Positions 17,926 through 27,425 of a stretch of DNA of 64,000 bases are shown piece by piece; positions within the stretch are counted from its first letter, which is position 1; the number at the start of each line of letters is the position of its first letter. Position numbers and translations under genes: made by a program. The stretch comes from an uncultured virus (IMG/VR IMGVR_UViG_3300032167_000055) (Duplodnaviria > Heunggongvirae > Uroviricota > Caudoviricetes). The notes below the pieces were generated by a model. The model searched no databases, was not told the DNA's origin, and worked only from the letters and a program-made list of their open reading frames with translations. The stretch lies in IMG/VR virus record IMGVR_UViG_3300032167_000055. One strand, written 5' to 3'.

Positions 17926-18705
17926 ATGAGTGAGAATACTACATCACAAATCGATGAAGCAATCGAAAAATGCAGAATATTTGGTTCATCTAAAAATGAA
18001 ACAGATGAGACTCAAAAGCAAATGACTTTCCCACTTCATGCGACTATTCAAGGGAAACATATAATGATTATCGGAGAATTTGCAGAATCAAGTTCTAATG
18101 AACTTATTGAGAATTCTTACTATATTCATGACGGTAAAGTATGGAAGTATAAGAAGAAACTCCCTTCAAGAGCTAAAGAATTTCCGATGATCAGTATTGA
18201 TAAGGAACTCGGTATTGTAACGATTCCTTCAATATGTGATGGTGAAATCACGTATGAAAGTGTGGAAAATCAAAGACTCAATTTAATATGCTCAAGAACA
18301 CCGGTTGATGCAGATTTTGGAAAAGATGAAAACAGTGCATACATTGCATCATCTTCAGCTCCGTATGTTCCTGAGATTCTTGAGGAAGATGACTTTCTTA
18401 AGAAATTAATTAAGACAGTCTTTTTGATAAAGAATGTCGCTACAACTAAATACAGAAAGAAGTTATCTAAAGCTTATGCTTTCAGTAATCTATTTCAAGG
18501 TCTTAATTCATCTACAAAAGTTTCTACAACTGTTTGGCAGACATGGATTGAAATTCTTGGAGTTGATTGTGTTATTATACTGAAAGATAGTGGAACAGAT
18601 AACGAAGATCCTATCAGAGATTACATCGTTTATAAGAGTCGTAATGACTCTCTGAATGTAGTAAAGAAGGATGAGATTAAAGAGTTCTTATCAGAGAACT
18701 TATAA
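17926..18705 (+). CDS. Hypothetical protein, 259 aa
   Basis: Long ORF; SD GAAAGGAG. Confidence 0.75.
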   Translation: MSENTTSQIDEAIEKCRIFGSSKNETDETQKQMTFPLHATIQGKHIMIIGEFAESSSNELIENSYYIHDGKVWKYKKKLPSRAKEFPMISIDKELGIVTIPSICDGEITYESVENQRLNLICSRTPVDADFGKDENSAYIASSSAPYVPEILEEDDFLKKLIKTVFLIKNVATTKYRKKLSKAYAFSNLFQGLNSSTKVSTTVWQTWIEILGVDCVIILKDSGTDNEDPIRDYIVYKSRNDSLNVVKKDEIKEFLSENL

Positions 18706-18733
18706 AAATACCAATTAAGAAGGAGACCTAATC

Positions 18734-19564
18734 ATGTTTGGAAAAAAGAAAAATAATGAACCCGTTAATACAGAATTTGCTGAAACTGTAAGAAACCTTA
18801 CAAATATAGATCTTAACCATAAACCTGGTGATGATCTTGAAGTTGAAGATTTGGATTCCATTAAGGAAATAGCTGGATATGTTTCTGAGCAGGAAGATAC
18901 TTCTATTGAACTTATGCAACTGTGTGAATCTAAAAATACAGTTCGGATTGGTGAAGATACTGATGAATATACAATGAATATCCCTTATACAGCGATGGTT
19001 ACAATTGCTGATGATGTGGATTCATTACCGGTTAAAGATTTCCGTATCGCATCATCTCCTGTCGTATATACAATTGATAATTCCAAGAAAGATCATATCT
19101 TGCATAAGAATCCTAATGGAATTTTCGATGCAGCCTTTACTTATATAACGGAGAAGAGTAGTGGATTTAATGAAATCACAGCAGAAGTTTCAGTTTCAAT
19201 TCCGGTTAGACCATTTAAGGTAGAGGATAATGAATCACCTTATGACAAGTGGTTTGTTCTTGTGACTAGTGTTGCTGTTGTTGCTTCATTTAATGTTAAA
19301 GAACCAGTTTCACCATCCCTCATCAAAAATACATTGTTGTATGCTGCTAAATCAGTATTTGAAAGATCTATGAAGTCTGAACTTGCGAATATTCTTATGT
19401 CAGGGAAAGCTTCTCTTCCAAATATCTTTCCGGCAGCAATTGATGACATTAGACCTGTATTTACAGAAGAGGTTACAACGTTCACATGTAAGTACACGAC
19501 ATCTGATGCAAGAATCGATAACATGACAAATGAAGTTTCGGTTAACGGTGTTTTAATAAAATAA
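18734..19564 (+). CDS. Hypothetical protein, 276 aa
   Basis: Long ORF; SD AAGGAG. Confidence 0.75.
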   Translation: MFGKKKNNEPVNTEFAETVRNLTNIDLNHKPGDDLEVEDLDSIKEIAGYVSEQEDTSIELMQLCESKNTVRIGEDTDEYTMNIPYTAMVTIADDVDSLPVKDFRIASSPVVYTIDNSKKDHILHKNPNGIFDAAFTYITEKSSGFNEITAEVSVSIPVRPFKVEDNESPYDKWFVLVTSVAVVASFNVKEPVSPSLIKNTLLYAAKSVFERSMKSELANILMSGKASLPNIFPAAIDDIRPVFTEEVTTFTCKYTTSDARIDNMTNEVSVNGVLIK

Positions 19565-19581
19565 AGAAGGAGTGATTACTT

Positions 19582-19797
19582 ATGGCAAAATCATTTGTAC
19601 AACTTAAATCTTCTCTTGATGATATTAGAGAGGAAAAAGATGCATCCATTAAGAAAGCAGGTAAGGAGATTGCTAAACACTTAAGCGGACCCGGTAGTGA
19701 AGGTGAGAAAAGTGCAACAATTGATAAGTTGCTTGCAGGTTTCACTGATGCTGATAAATTCCTGATTATGAAATATGCTTTCATCTACATGTGTTAG
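19582..19797 (+). CDS. Hypothetical protein, 71 aa
   Basis: SD AAGGAG. Confidence 0.7.
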   Translation: MAKSFVQLKSSLDDIREEKDASIKKAGKEIAKHLSGPGSEGEKSATIDKLLAGFTDADKFLIMKYAFIYMC

Positions 19798-19809
19798 GAG
19801 GATGCAGTC

Positions 19810-19950
19810 ATGCCGAAAGATAAAAAGAAAAAAGCCAATAACTCTATTCCTTCCAGGAATAAAAGTTCGTTCTTTGGTGGAAACCAGAAGAATTTAAATT
19901 CCAAAGGATTTAATTCTATGAAAGTTAACAGGGCTTTTAAATCAAATTAA
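19810..19950 (+). CDS. Small basic protein, 46 aa (MPKDKKKKANN...)
   Basis: SD AGGAGG; followed by a terminator at 19957-19991; below the ORF-track cutoff. Confidence 0.6.
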   Translation: MPKDKKKKANNSIPSRNKSSFFGGNQKNLNSKGFNSMKVNRAFKSN

Positions 19951-19994
19951 TACCACGGGAACGAGTTTGAAATATAACTCGTTCCTTTTTTGAG

Positions 19995-21485
19995 GTGATT
20001 CTTATGCAAAAACGAATAGATGTGTTTCATACACATATAGAAATTTCTCCGTATGTAAAAGGAGAATATTTTGAATTGGAAAAAGCATTATCTAGATGGA
20101 ATCAAATAACTAAAAAACATGGACGATATGAAGCAGTTGCATACTTCATTCGCGAAGATGTTTTATTTATTCCAAAAGGAATTAATATAGAAGCTCTCGA
20201 AGAGTATTTTGGATGCAAAGCTACGATGAATTATAAAGCTAATCCGAAACAAAAGATGAGTGAAAAATACGAAGTATTGATACCACCAAGATCACAAGTT
20301 CAAACAGATAGTGTTGAGTTTTTAACTGCGACTGGAAAATATGCATCCAGAATTGCATATTGTCAATATACACTTAATCTGGAAACAGCTGGTGGTAAAA
20401 CATATTGTGCTATAAACTCATTTACACAGTTAGGGGTTAAAACTCTTATTGTTGTGAATAGAGAATATTTATCATCACATTGGAAATCCGAAATAGCTAA
20501 ATTCACAAATATTCCAGAAGATAGAATTATGCAAGTTGATACTGATGGAATTAGACGTGTTCTTGAAGCTGAAGTTGATGCCGATGTGTATATAGTTATG
20601 CATCAAACTATTCAATCATATGCTAAATTGTATGGTTGGAGAGATGTAAATGAATTTATGAAAGTTGCTGGTATAGGACTTAAAGTATATGATGAATGTC
20701 ATGAATTCATTTCATCTATTTTTGTAATTGATGCGAATACTAATGTTGAAAAAACATTTTATCTCACAGCAACTTATGGAAGAAGTAATAAACAAGAAAA
20801 CAAAGTATTTCAGTTAATGCTTAGTGCATCTTGTAAGTATAATGATGAAAACAGGGATTATGTTAAAAAGATTCATTATCATCCAGTATTATATAAGAGT
20901 AAGATTCCTCTTAAATATGTAATGGCAATGAAATCTGCTCATGGGTTTTCATCTTATAAATTTATAGATGGTGCTCTTAAGTGTGATCCTGAGAAGAAAG
21001 TTCTTCATGCATTACGATTTGTTCTTCATGAATGCTTAGATCGTGATGGACAGATATTAATAGTAACGCCAAAGAAGGAATCTGTAACATTTATTGCAGA
21101 ATTCTTGTCCGAGATTGTCGGTAAATCTCGCAGTATAGGAACTATATTTTCCGATAATAGTGAAGAAATCAATTTCAAGAACCAGAACTGTGATATCATT
21201 AGTTCAACGATTAAATCATGTGGAACTGGATTTAATCCACCTAATTTACAAACTATAATTTGTATTGAGCCGCATTCATCAAGAATAATGACTCATCAGT
21301 TAAAAGGTAGATTGGATAGGTTTAAAGGTGATGATACCTATTTTTATGATTTGATTGATATCAATATTCCATTTATGGAAACAGTAAAAACTGCTCATAC
21401 AAAAGAACTTGAACGTGTTGCAAAAGAAATATCTGATATTGAAATATTAGATCATGGAATTACTAATATTAAAGAAGGATGGTAA
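19995..21485 (+). CDS. Superfamily 2 (UvsW-like) helicase, ~493 aa
   Basis: Walker A TAGGKT, DECH, motif III TAT, GTGFNPPNL, QLKGRLDR. Confidence 0.88.
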   Translation: MILMQKRIDVFHTHIEISPYVKGEYFELEKALSRWNQITKKHGRYEAVAYFIREDVLFIPKGINIEALEEYFGCKATMNYKANPKQKMSEKYEVLIPPRSQVQTDSVEFLTATGKYASRIAYCQYTLNLETAGGKTYCAINSFTQLGVKTLIVVNREYLSSHWKSEIAKFTNIPEDRIMQVDTDGIRRVLEAEVDADVYIVMHQTIQSYAKLYGWRDVNEFMKVAGIGLKVYDECHEFISSIFVIDANTNVEKTFYLTATYGRSNKQENKVFQLMLSASCKYNDENRDYVKKIHYHPVLYKSKIPLKYVMAMKSAHGFSSYKFIDGALKCDPEKKVLHALRFVLHECLDRDGQILIVTPKKESVTFIAEFLSEIVGKSRSIGTIFSDNSEEINFKNQNCDIISSTIKSCGTGFNPPNLQTIICIEPHSSRIMTHQLKGRLDRFKGDDTYFYDLIDINIPFMETVKTAHTKELERVAKEISDIEILDHGITNIKEGW

Positions 21486-21489
21486 AGAA

Positions 21490-22266
21490 ATGAATAAAAT
21501 AAAAATTGTTATATGTCCTTTAGGTTCATTACAAGGTTATTTGCAGGATTCGTATAAATTAATAGATGAAGGCTGTAATGTTTTATTTCATTACATTCGA
21601 GGTATTCCCGATTCTTTAGTATCAAGTCATGTTGAATTTTTGAATATGGCTATAGAAAACTTAGATCTTATTATTATCGAAGTTGATTCATTTGCAGTAA
21701 TTGATAAACTTATCGAGAATGGGATTGATATTGTGGCAATGTGTCCTGATAAATTGATTGCATTCCCTGCATACTCAGCACCTGAATGTGAAGTGATATC
21801 TCGTAATTTCTCAGAAAACTGCAGTAACAGAAATATACAAAAATATGTTTATCCTAGAACTATGGAGTTCTCCAGAATTATGGATAATTTAAACACATTT
21901 GTGAAGAATATGTGTGGATTAGCAGGTCCTAAAAGATATCAATTAGCTGGGATCGAAAAACGTAATATATGGTATGAATCGCAAATGGTTTGTTATCGTA
22001 TGGTAGTTGATAAGATTGCTGAACTGGAATCTGACAAAGATTCAACACTTGATGATGAAACTCGTGGAGCATTATTATCAACTTTAAAAAGAGAGTTAAT
22101 TATATTAGAAAAACTCCAGAATAGTGCACTAGATTCAATAGGTAAACAACTTGATCAGTATCGTTTACTTATGAAGAATGCAAAATTGTATTTAATTGAT
22201 GAAGATCAATATAAATATATGTGCGAATGTGTTGATAAAATCGAACAGATTAAGGGACTTATGTAG
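21490..22266 (+). CDS. Hypothetical protein, ~258 aa
   Basis: Long ORF (track start 21454); followed by a hairpin at 22273-22301. Confidence 0.7.
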   Translation: MNKIKIVICPLGSLQGYLQDSYKLIDEGCNVLFHYIRGIPDSLVSSHVEFLNMAIENLDLIIIEVDSFAVIDKLIENGIDIVAMCPDKLIAFPAYSAPECEVISRNFSENCSNRNIQKYVYPRTMEFSRIMDNLNTFVKNMCGLAGPKRYQLAGIEKRNIWYESQMVCYRMVVDKIAELESDKDSTLDDETRGALLSTLKRELIILEKLQNSALDSIGKQLDQYRLLMKNAKLYLIDEDQYKYMCECVDKIEQIKGLM

Positions 22267-22300
22267 ATTAATAAGACTAGGTAAATAATTTACCTAGTCT

Positions 22301-22308
22301 TATATTAT
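22301..22308 (+). promoter_or_regulatory. Early promoter TATATTAT abutting a terminator hairpin
   Basis: Exact motif directly after AAGACTAGGTAAA/TTTACCTAGTCTT. Confidence 0.65.
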
Positions 22309-22330
22309 TTTCGTAAAGGAGATTAAAAAA

Positions 22331-22804
22331 ATGAAATCTAATTGGAAAGACGCTTCAATTGAAAATCCTATTCCTGAAAAATGGTATACCGTAACATTTG
22401 ACGGTTCTCTTTTAATGGAACCTAATTTTGTAAGTAAGGATATTTATGAAGAAACTCGTGATGGAAATTTTATTTGGAAAACATCATCCGAAAGCGATGA
22501 ATATCGTGTTATTGCATGGGATGAACTTCCTGAAATTTATGATGAAAGTAAAGAAGATAACGGTGATTGGATTAAATTTAATCCGGAGTCTGAAAATCCT
22601 TTTGTTCCAGAGAAGACTTATATTTTAACGATTGAATTCATTACTGAAACTGATAATGGCGAAATATCAGATAGCTATAAAACAATAGAGTTTTTAGATT
22701 ATCATGATACAGGTTTCTGTATCGATGAAACATTAGACATCAATGAGTCTTATGTAATTTTAGCATATCAGGAAGCGCCTGAAGCTTTTGAGAAGGAGAA
22801 CTAA
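22331..22804 (+). CDS. Tandem DUF551-like protein, 157 aa
   Basis: Two W[KI]...P..EK.Y ... [VI][IL]A[WY].E.PE repeats. Confidence 0.6.
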   Translation: MKSNWKDASIENPIPEKWYTVTFDGSLLMEPNFVSKDIYEETRDGNFIWKTSSESDEYRVIAWDELPEIYDESKEDNGDWIKFNPESENPFVPEKTYILTIEFITETDNGEISDSYKTIEFLDYHDTGFCIDETLDINESYVILAYQEAPEAFEKEN

Positions 22805-22805
22805 C

Positions 22806-23153
22806 ATGGAAAAAGAAGCATGCGTTAAAACAGTGATAAATGAAGATGGAACTGACACTTCTGATTTTCCTGTAAATCCGTTAAAAGAGAAATGGGATAA
22901 ATTGTATCCTCCTATGAAAGATGGAAAACCTTGTAATTACATCTTAGGATATAAAGAAGATGGAAGTCCTATAATGAATTATAGCTGTGTTTTATGCCAT
23001 GAAGAAAAATGCCAGTATAGTAATAGCTGGAAAATCCCGGATGAAGATAAAGATGAATATGCTAAATACGAAGAACAAATTAGAGAATACCATAGAAAAC
23101 ATAATCCTGCAATTATTAATATGGTAGAGACTATGTTTGGTGTTAAATACTAA
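22806..23153 (+). CDS. Hypothetical protein, 115 aa
   Basis: SD AAGGAG; CxxC motif. Confidence 0.7.
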   Translation: MEKEACVKTVINEDGTDTSDFPVNPLKEKWDKLYPPMKDGKPCNYILGYKEDGSPIMNYSCVLCHEEKCQYSNSWKIPDEDKDEYAKYEEQIREYHRKHNPAIINMVETMFGVKY

Positions 23154-23166
23154 GGAGGTCGGTATT

Positions 23167-23493
23167 ATGAGTGGTAAACTTCCTCATCATAGATGCTCAG
23201 GTAGATGTGAGGAATGTGATAAAAGCATGTTCTATGAGAAAGGTAAATGGTATACTTGTGATCCAAATAAAACATCTGGAATGATTATAATTTCAAAGAA
23301 TCCTACTATGCGAAGATTACTTACAGATATTAAGTGTTATGCTAGAGGGTGTGATCATAACAATATTGATTGTACGTGTATGTACGGATCTAAATTAAAT
23401 TGCCATGTTAATTGTGATAATTGTGTTCGGAAATGCAAAAAAGTTAATGGTGAAAGAGCATGTAGAAGATTTAAGAGAGGGAATGAAAAATGA
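23167..23493 (+). CDS. Cysteine-rich hypothetical protein, 108 aa
   Basis: SD AAGGAGG; 12 Cys. Confidence 0.65.
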   Translation: MSGKLPHHRCSGRCEECDKSMFYEKGKWYTCDPNKTSGMIIISKNPTMRRLLTDIKCYARGCDHNNIDCTCMYGSKLNCHVNCDNCVRKCKKVNGERACRRFKRGNEK

Positions 23494-24050
23494 TAGCTAT
23501 TTCATGGAATGATTATTTAAAATTTGGTTGTGTGAATTGTGGTTGTGATTCATCTTATGGTGGACCTGTTTCTGGTGGAGGTTGTGGGACTAGAACCTGT
23601 AGAGAATGCGGAACTACATTTTGTTTATTAGCCAATGGAGTGAAAAAATCATCAATAGGGTTTGGCACAGATATGAAAGATAAAGAAGGTAAAATTATAT
23701 TCGAATATCCTGAATTACAAGAGCATCCTAGAAAAGGAATTCCTTGGCATCCATGGGTTCAACCAGATCCCAGACCTGAAGAAGGTGAATATTGGAAATC
23801 AAGAGGTATTGGATATGATCTATCAGGCTTTGTTAAATCTAAAGCTGCAGGTGAAAGACTTCTTGAAATGGTTAAGAAAGTTCTTGGTAACGAAAACCCT
23901 AAATCATGGTTAGATTACAGAGAATTCGAACCAACATGGATTCAGTTTAAATTTCAGAAAGAAGAGTTTGATCTTGAGAAACTTGATAAACTCTCTGAAG
24001 AAAATAATGGAGTTTTAACTGAATCTATACTTATTGAGTGTAAGCTGTAA
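23490..24050 (+). CDS. Zinc-ribbon protein, 186 aa
   Basis: CVNC...CREC; ATGA-coupled to the upstream gene. Confidence 0.75.
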   Translation: MIAISWNDYLKFGCVNCGCDSSYGGPVSGGGCGTRTCRECGTTFCLLANGVKKSSIGFGTDMKDKEGKIIFEYPELQEHPRKGIPWHPWVQPDPRPEEGEYWKSRGIGYDLSGFVKSKAAGERLLEMVKKVLGNENPKSWLDYREFEPTWIQFKFQKEEFDLEKLDKLSEENNGVLTESILIECKL

Positions 24051-24053
24051 AAT

Positions 24054-24092
24054 AAAAGAACCTAACGACGAAATAAGCGTTAGGTTCTTTTT
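24054..24092. terminator. Bidirectional terminator
   Basis: AAAAGAACCTAACG/CGTTAGGTTCTTTT between convergent genes. Confidence 0.85.
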
Positions 24093-24799
24093 TAATTATT
24101 GTTGTCATCTGGCAACACATAAGACTCTATAGGTAGACTCATCAAATCTAAATATAATTCTTTTGCCCATCCATTTCCTCCACGTTTTTCATAACTTTCA
24201 AATTTGATCCTCAGACGTTGTCTTATTTCACGAGTCATCGGTTCACCTTTTGTGATATGTCGTTCATGGAGTTGTGTCAAATAAATGCGAAACTCGTTGT
24301 TCTCTCCTTCAAAGAGAACACCCATATCAGTTTCAATTTTTTTGGTTGATTGTCTCATATCACTAACTATTTCTTGTGTTTCCTTGAGTCTTTCAGCAAG
24401 TTCATCATCATCATGTTGTGATTTATTTGCTAAAGAAGATATATCTGCTTTCATTTCAACCACAGTATTATGTAGTGATCTAGTCGTATCAATCCATTCA
24501 TCTTTTAAATCTCTAAACGAAGAAACTTCATTTGAAAGAGAAAGAACTTGCTGATCAAGCTCAGGAAGATGCTTTGCAATTTGTTTGATACTATCTTGCA
24601 ATTCTTTAGCCTCTTTTAGTTCCTTTTCACGTTTTGCATCACGTTTATCTTTCCAGTCTTTATATACACTATATAACCATTTCCAAAATGGTAAAAGTGC
24701 AATTATAACGACAATGATACATACTATGATAAATCCAATTGGACTTTCCATCATTTTTTCCAGAACTTTATCTACTGTGTTTTCTGGTAGTGTTTCCAT
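24092..24799 (-). CDS. Membrane-anchored coiled-coil protein with GGNG C-terminal motif (holin-like/lysis-associated family), 235 aa
   Basis: N-terminal TM helix, coiled coil, FESYEKRGGNGWAKELY; late promoter at 24833-24844; SD GAAAGGA. Confidence 0.6.
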   Translation of the reverse strand: METLPENTVDKVLEKMMESPIGFIIVCIIVVIIALLPFWKWLYSVYKDWKDKRDAKREKELKEAKELQDSIKQIAKHLPELDQQVLSLSNEVSSFRDLKDEWIDTTRSLHNTVVEMKADISSLANKSQHDDDELAERLKETQEIVSDMRQSTKKIETDMGVLFEGENNEFRIYLTQLHERHITKGEPMTREIRQRLRIKFESYEKRGGNGWAKELYLDLMSLPIESYVLPDDNNN

Positions 24800-24966
24800 T
24801 TGATCATCGTCCTTTCCATTTAATAATATCATTAGATAAATGTTAGAAATAGAAAGGATAACTGGTGCTCTATCCGTAAATATAAATTTGAACAAAAGGA
24901 TGTAAAAGTCACTTATTTCATTTATATATCATATTAGTGAATATAAATGAAAGTGAGGTTATTTGT

Positions 24967-25140
24967 ATGAGTTACGCAGACAGATTGATAGCTGCTTTGT
25001 GGTATGCAGCTATCAATCTTGGATTTGTGTCTGACGAACAAGTATTAATTACTTGGTCGAAAGATCCAAATTCAGTTACATACCTAATGTCTCTTCGTTT
25101 AAAAGCTCTTGAAGCCAAACGAAACGAATTAGGTTTATAA
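24967..25140 (+). CDS. Small early protein, ~57 aa
   Basis: SD GAGGT; variant early promoter TATATCAT at 24925-24932; terminator at 25211-25252. Confidence 0.6.
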   Translation: MSYADRLIAALWYAAINLGFVSDEQVLITWSKDPNSVTYLMSLRLKALEAKRNELGL

Positions 25141-25367
25141 CATACACATCAAACCTGATTTACTATAATACTTAGTCCAGGTTGGTATTTATAGTTATTT
25201 ACGATAAACTATAAGAGAGTGGAACACCTGGTACCACTCTCTTATTTTTTTTGTTAAACCCCGCATAAATATTTAAAAATTTCAATGATATATTATTATA
25301 TTAGAATAATTACAAAAGAGTTCAATGCCTACTTGTAATTAAAAATAATAAATGGAGGAAACAAAAA

Positions 25368-25631
25368 ATGATTGTAACAAAAAGAAAAATGAAAAAGATG
25401 AAAACTGAAATGATGGTAGTTGCAGGTACAGGTGTTGTAACCGGTGTAGCTGGAGTAACCATTGGAACTGTTGCTCTTGTGAAGGAGAACAAACATGAAA
25501 AAGAAGTAAGTGACCGACTTGATAATATTGAACGGGCTGTAGCTGCGACCGAACAATCATGCACGAAAGCATTAAGATGTGTTGTACCAATGCAGGATGC
25601 ATTACTTAAAGCAGGTATTATGATGAAATAA
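25368..25631 (+). CDS. Small early membrane protein, 87 aa
   Basis: G/V/A-rich TM helix; early promoter at 25289-25296; SD GGAGG; bidirectional terminator at 25635-25670. Confidence 0.7.
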   Translation: MIVTKRKMKKMKTEMMVVAGTGVVTGVAGVTIGTVALVKENKHEKEVSDRLDNIERAVAATEQSCTKALRCVVPMQDALLKAGIMMK

Positions 25632-25668
25632 ATTTAAGGGTAATCCGTAATTGGATTACCCTTATTTT

Positions 25669-25902
25669 TTATAATTCTCCGAAACAAGCTTCATATTCCT
25701 CATCAGAAATAGAGATGTCTCTATAATCATAAATTGCATATTCGGAAGGGAACGCATCTTCCAAAGATGACTGATCTAAAAGTCTTGGTGCGCCTAAAAC
25801 ATTTTCCCATCTTGTAACAGGGTAAATTGTCTTTTTAACTGTACCAATACCAGCGATTTTATTTTTTACATGTAAAATTACATCTTTTGGATGTGGAAAC
25901 AT
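25669..25902 (-). CDS. Hypothetical late protein, 77 aa
   Basis: SD AAGGAG; IYPVT motif similar to fibre N-termini. Confidence 0.65.
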   Translation of the reverse strand: MFPHPKDVILHVKNKIAGIGTVKKTIYPVTRWENVLGAPRLLDQSSLEDAFPSEYAIYDYRDISISDEEYEACFGEL

Positions 25903-25920
25903 AATCTTATTCTCCTTCCT

Positions 25921-26136
25921 TTAATTCTTCATATTTCCAGTCAAATTGATAGACAGAGGATTATTATTACTTGGAACCTCAGTATCAACCCTCGTTTCAT
26001 CAAGTACTTCAAATAAGAAGTGTTGAGGATATTCATCAAATCCTGCAGGGTGCTCTCCAATTACTTTATCGTTCATATGAAGACACTGACAGTTATCGAT
26101 GTATAATGATTTAGATGGAGTTAATAATGTAGCCAT
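25921..26136 (-). CDS. Hypothetical late protein, 71 aa
   Basis: SD GAAAGGA; same operon. Confidence 0.65.
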   Translation of the reverse strand: MATLLTPSKSLYIDNCQCLHMNDKVIGEHPAGFDEYPQHFLFEVLDETRVDTEVPSNNNPLSINLTGNMKN

Positions 26137-26154
26137 TTATATTACCATCCTTTC

Positions 26155-27402
26155 TTACAAATTTCTGCCAATAACCAGAAGGTTTTCAGCATTAGCTAAC
26201 TGATCCGTATATTCAACGTTGTCGGATGTATCCTGATACAATGCTCTTTCAAGATCAGAAAACTTATTTACAGACGCAGTTTCTTTCACAGCACCTCCAT
26301 ACTGAATGTCACGAATTTCTTCTGCCCATATAGTATCTACAGGCCACGCTGAAGGTTCTTCAACCTGCGACTGAATTGATCTTGCACCACTTGCTGTAGA
26401 CAAGTATACAATAGCTTGGTCAAGGAATTCAACATCATAACAATGATTGATTAAAGTGTTTTCATTTGTAGGAAGTTGAGATGCTCCAGAAATAAAATAA
26501 AACAAATCAACTGACTGTAAAACTACTCTATCATCAGCTTCCATCATCCTATCTACGATTGGATTGATTCCAGATGTTGCATTACTGTCATTTGCAAGAT
26601 ATCTTTCATACTGCAACTTAGGTGCATAAATTTTTGTAACAACTACATTTATAGTTGTAATGTGTTCCATTTCCTCATCATAATCATCAGGAAAATGGAC
26701 AAAGTTAAATTCATCAAGCTGAATAACAGTTGTAATGTCTTTAACATTCGTTACTGAATTTCCATTAGCATCAGAACCTGTGACTGTAATAGTACAATCA
26801 ACAATAGCATTTGATGCTGCCCATTTTTCTTCATCTCTCCATTCAGTATAAAGATATGGTGACGAATAAAGAGTGGAAATATCAAGCCATTCAGTAAAGG
26901 TTCTTACTGTAGTACCAAAATTAACATATTCATGTTCAGCAAACTGACCAGTAAGATATCCATTAACAGTTCTGTCACCGAGACGTGTAATAGGTTTGAT
27001 ATAAAAACCATTAGTCTTACCTGAAACTTCAAACCGGAAATCTTTTTTATCACCGTAGTTTTTACTGAATTCATGATTCTTCAATAAAATGTCAGTTTTC
27101 TCTTCAATAGAGACGAACTCATCAACATCTACTTTTGTTCCAAGAAGATATGAACCAGGATCTTCAGGATATGTGAATCCGATAGATGACTGGAACTGAA
27201 TATTGAATTCTTGGATAGCTTCATATACACTATGTGATTTCTGGCGGAAACTGATTATCTTTCCATCGTGAGGTCTTTTAATATAAACCTCACCCGTAAG
27301 TTTATCAGTCATTATTTCTCCAGACACACTTTGTTTATTTTTGTCGATGCTTAGAAAACTAGAACCATATCTAACATCTGCATCGTATGTTTGATTTGCC
27401 AT
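26155..27402 (-). CDS. Probable virion structural protein, 415 aa
   Basis: Late operon; beta-rich sequence. Confidence 0.6.
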   Translation of the reverse strand: MANQTYDADVRYGSSFLSIDKNKQSVSGEIMTDKLTGEVYIKRPHDGKIISFRQKSHSVYEAIQEFNIQFQSSIGFTYPEDPGSYLLGTKVDVDEFVSIEEKTDILLKNHEFSKNYGDKKDFRFEVSGKTNGFYIKPITRLGDRTVNGYLTGQFAEHEYVNFGTTVRTFTEWLDISTLYSSPYLYTEWRDEEKWAASNAIVDCTITVTGSDANGNSVTNVKDITTVIQLDEFNFVHFPDDYDEEMEHITTINVVVTKIYAPKLQYERYLANDSNATSGINPIVDRMMEADDRVVLQSVDLFYFISGASQLPTNENTLINHCYDVEFLDQAIVYLSTASGARSIQSQVEEPSAWPVDTIWAEEIRDIQYGGAVKETASVNKFSDLERALYQDTSDNVEYTDQLANAENLLVIGRNL

Positions 27403-27425
27403 GTTTCTTCTCTTCCTTTCTTAAG

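Noticed and set aside
25150..25213. Two imperfect hairpins after the small gene ending at 25140, as a toxin-antitoxin RNA
   Set aside because: Weak AT-rich pairing and no antisense promoter found.
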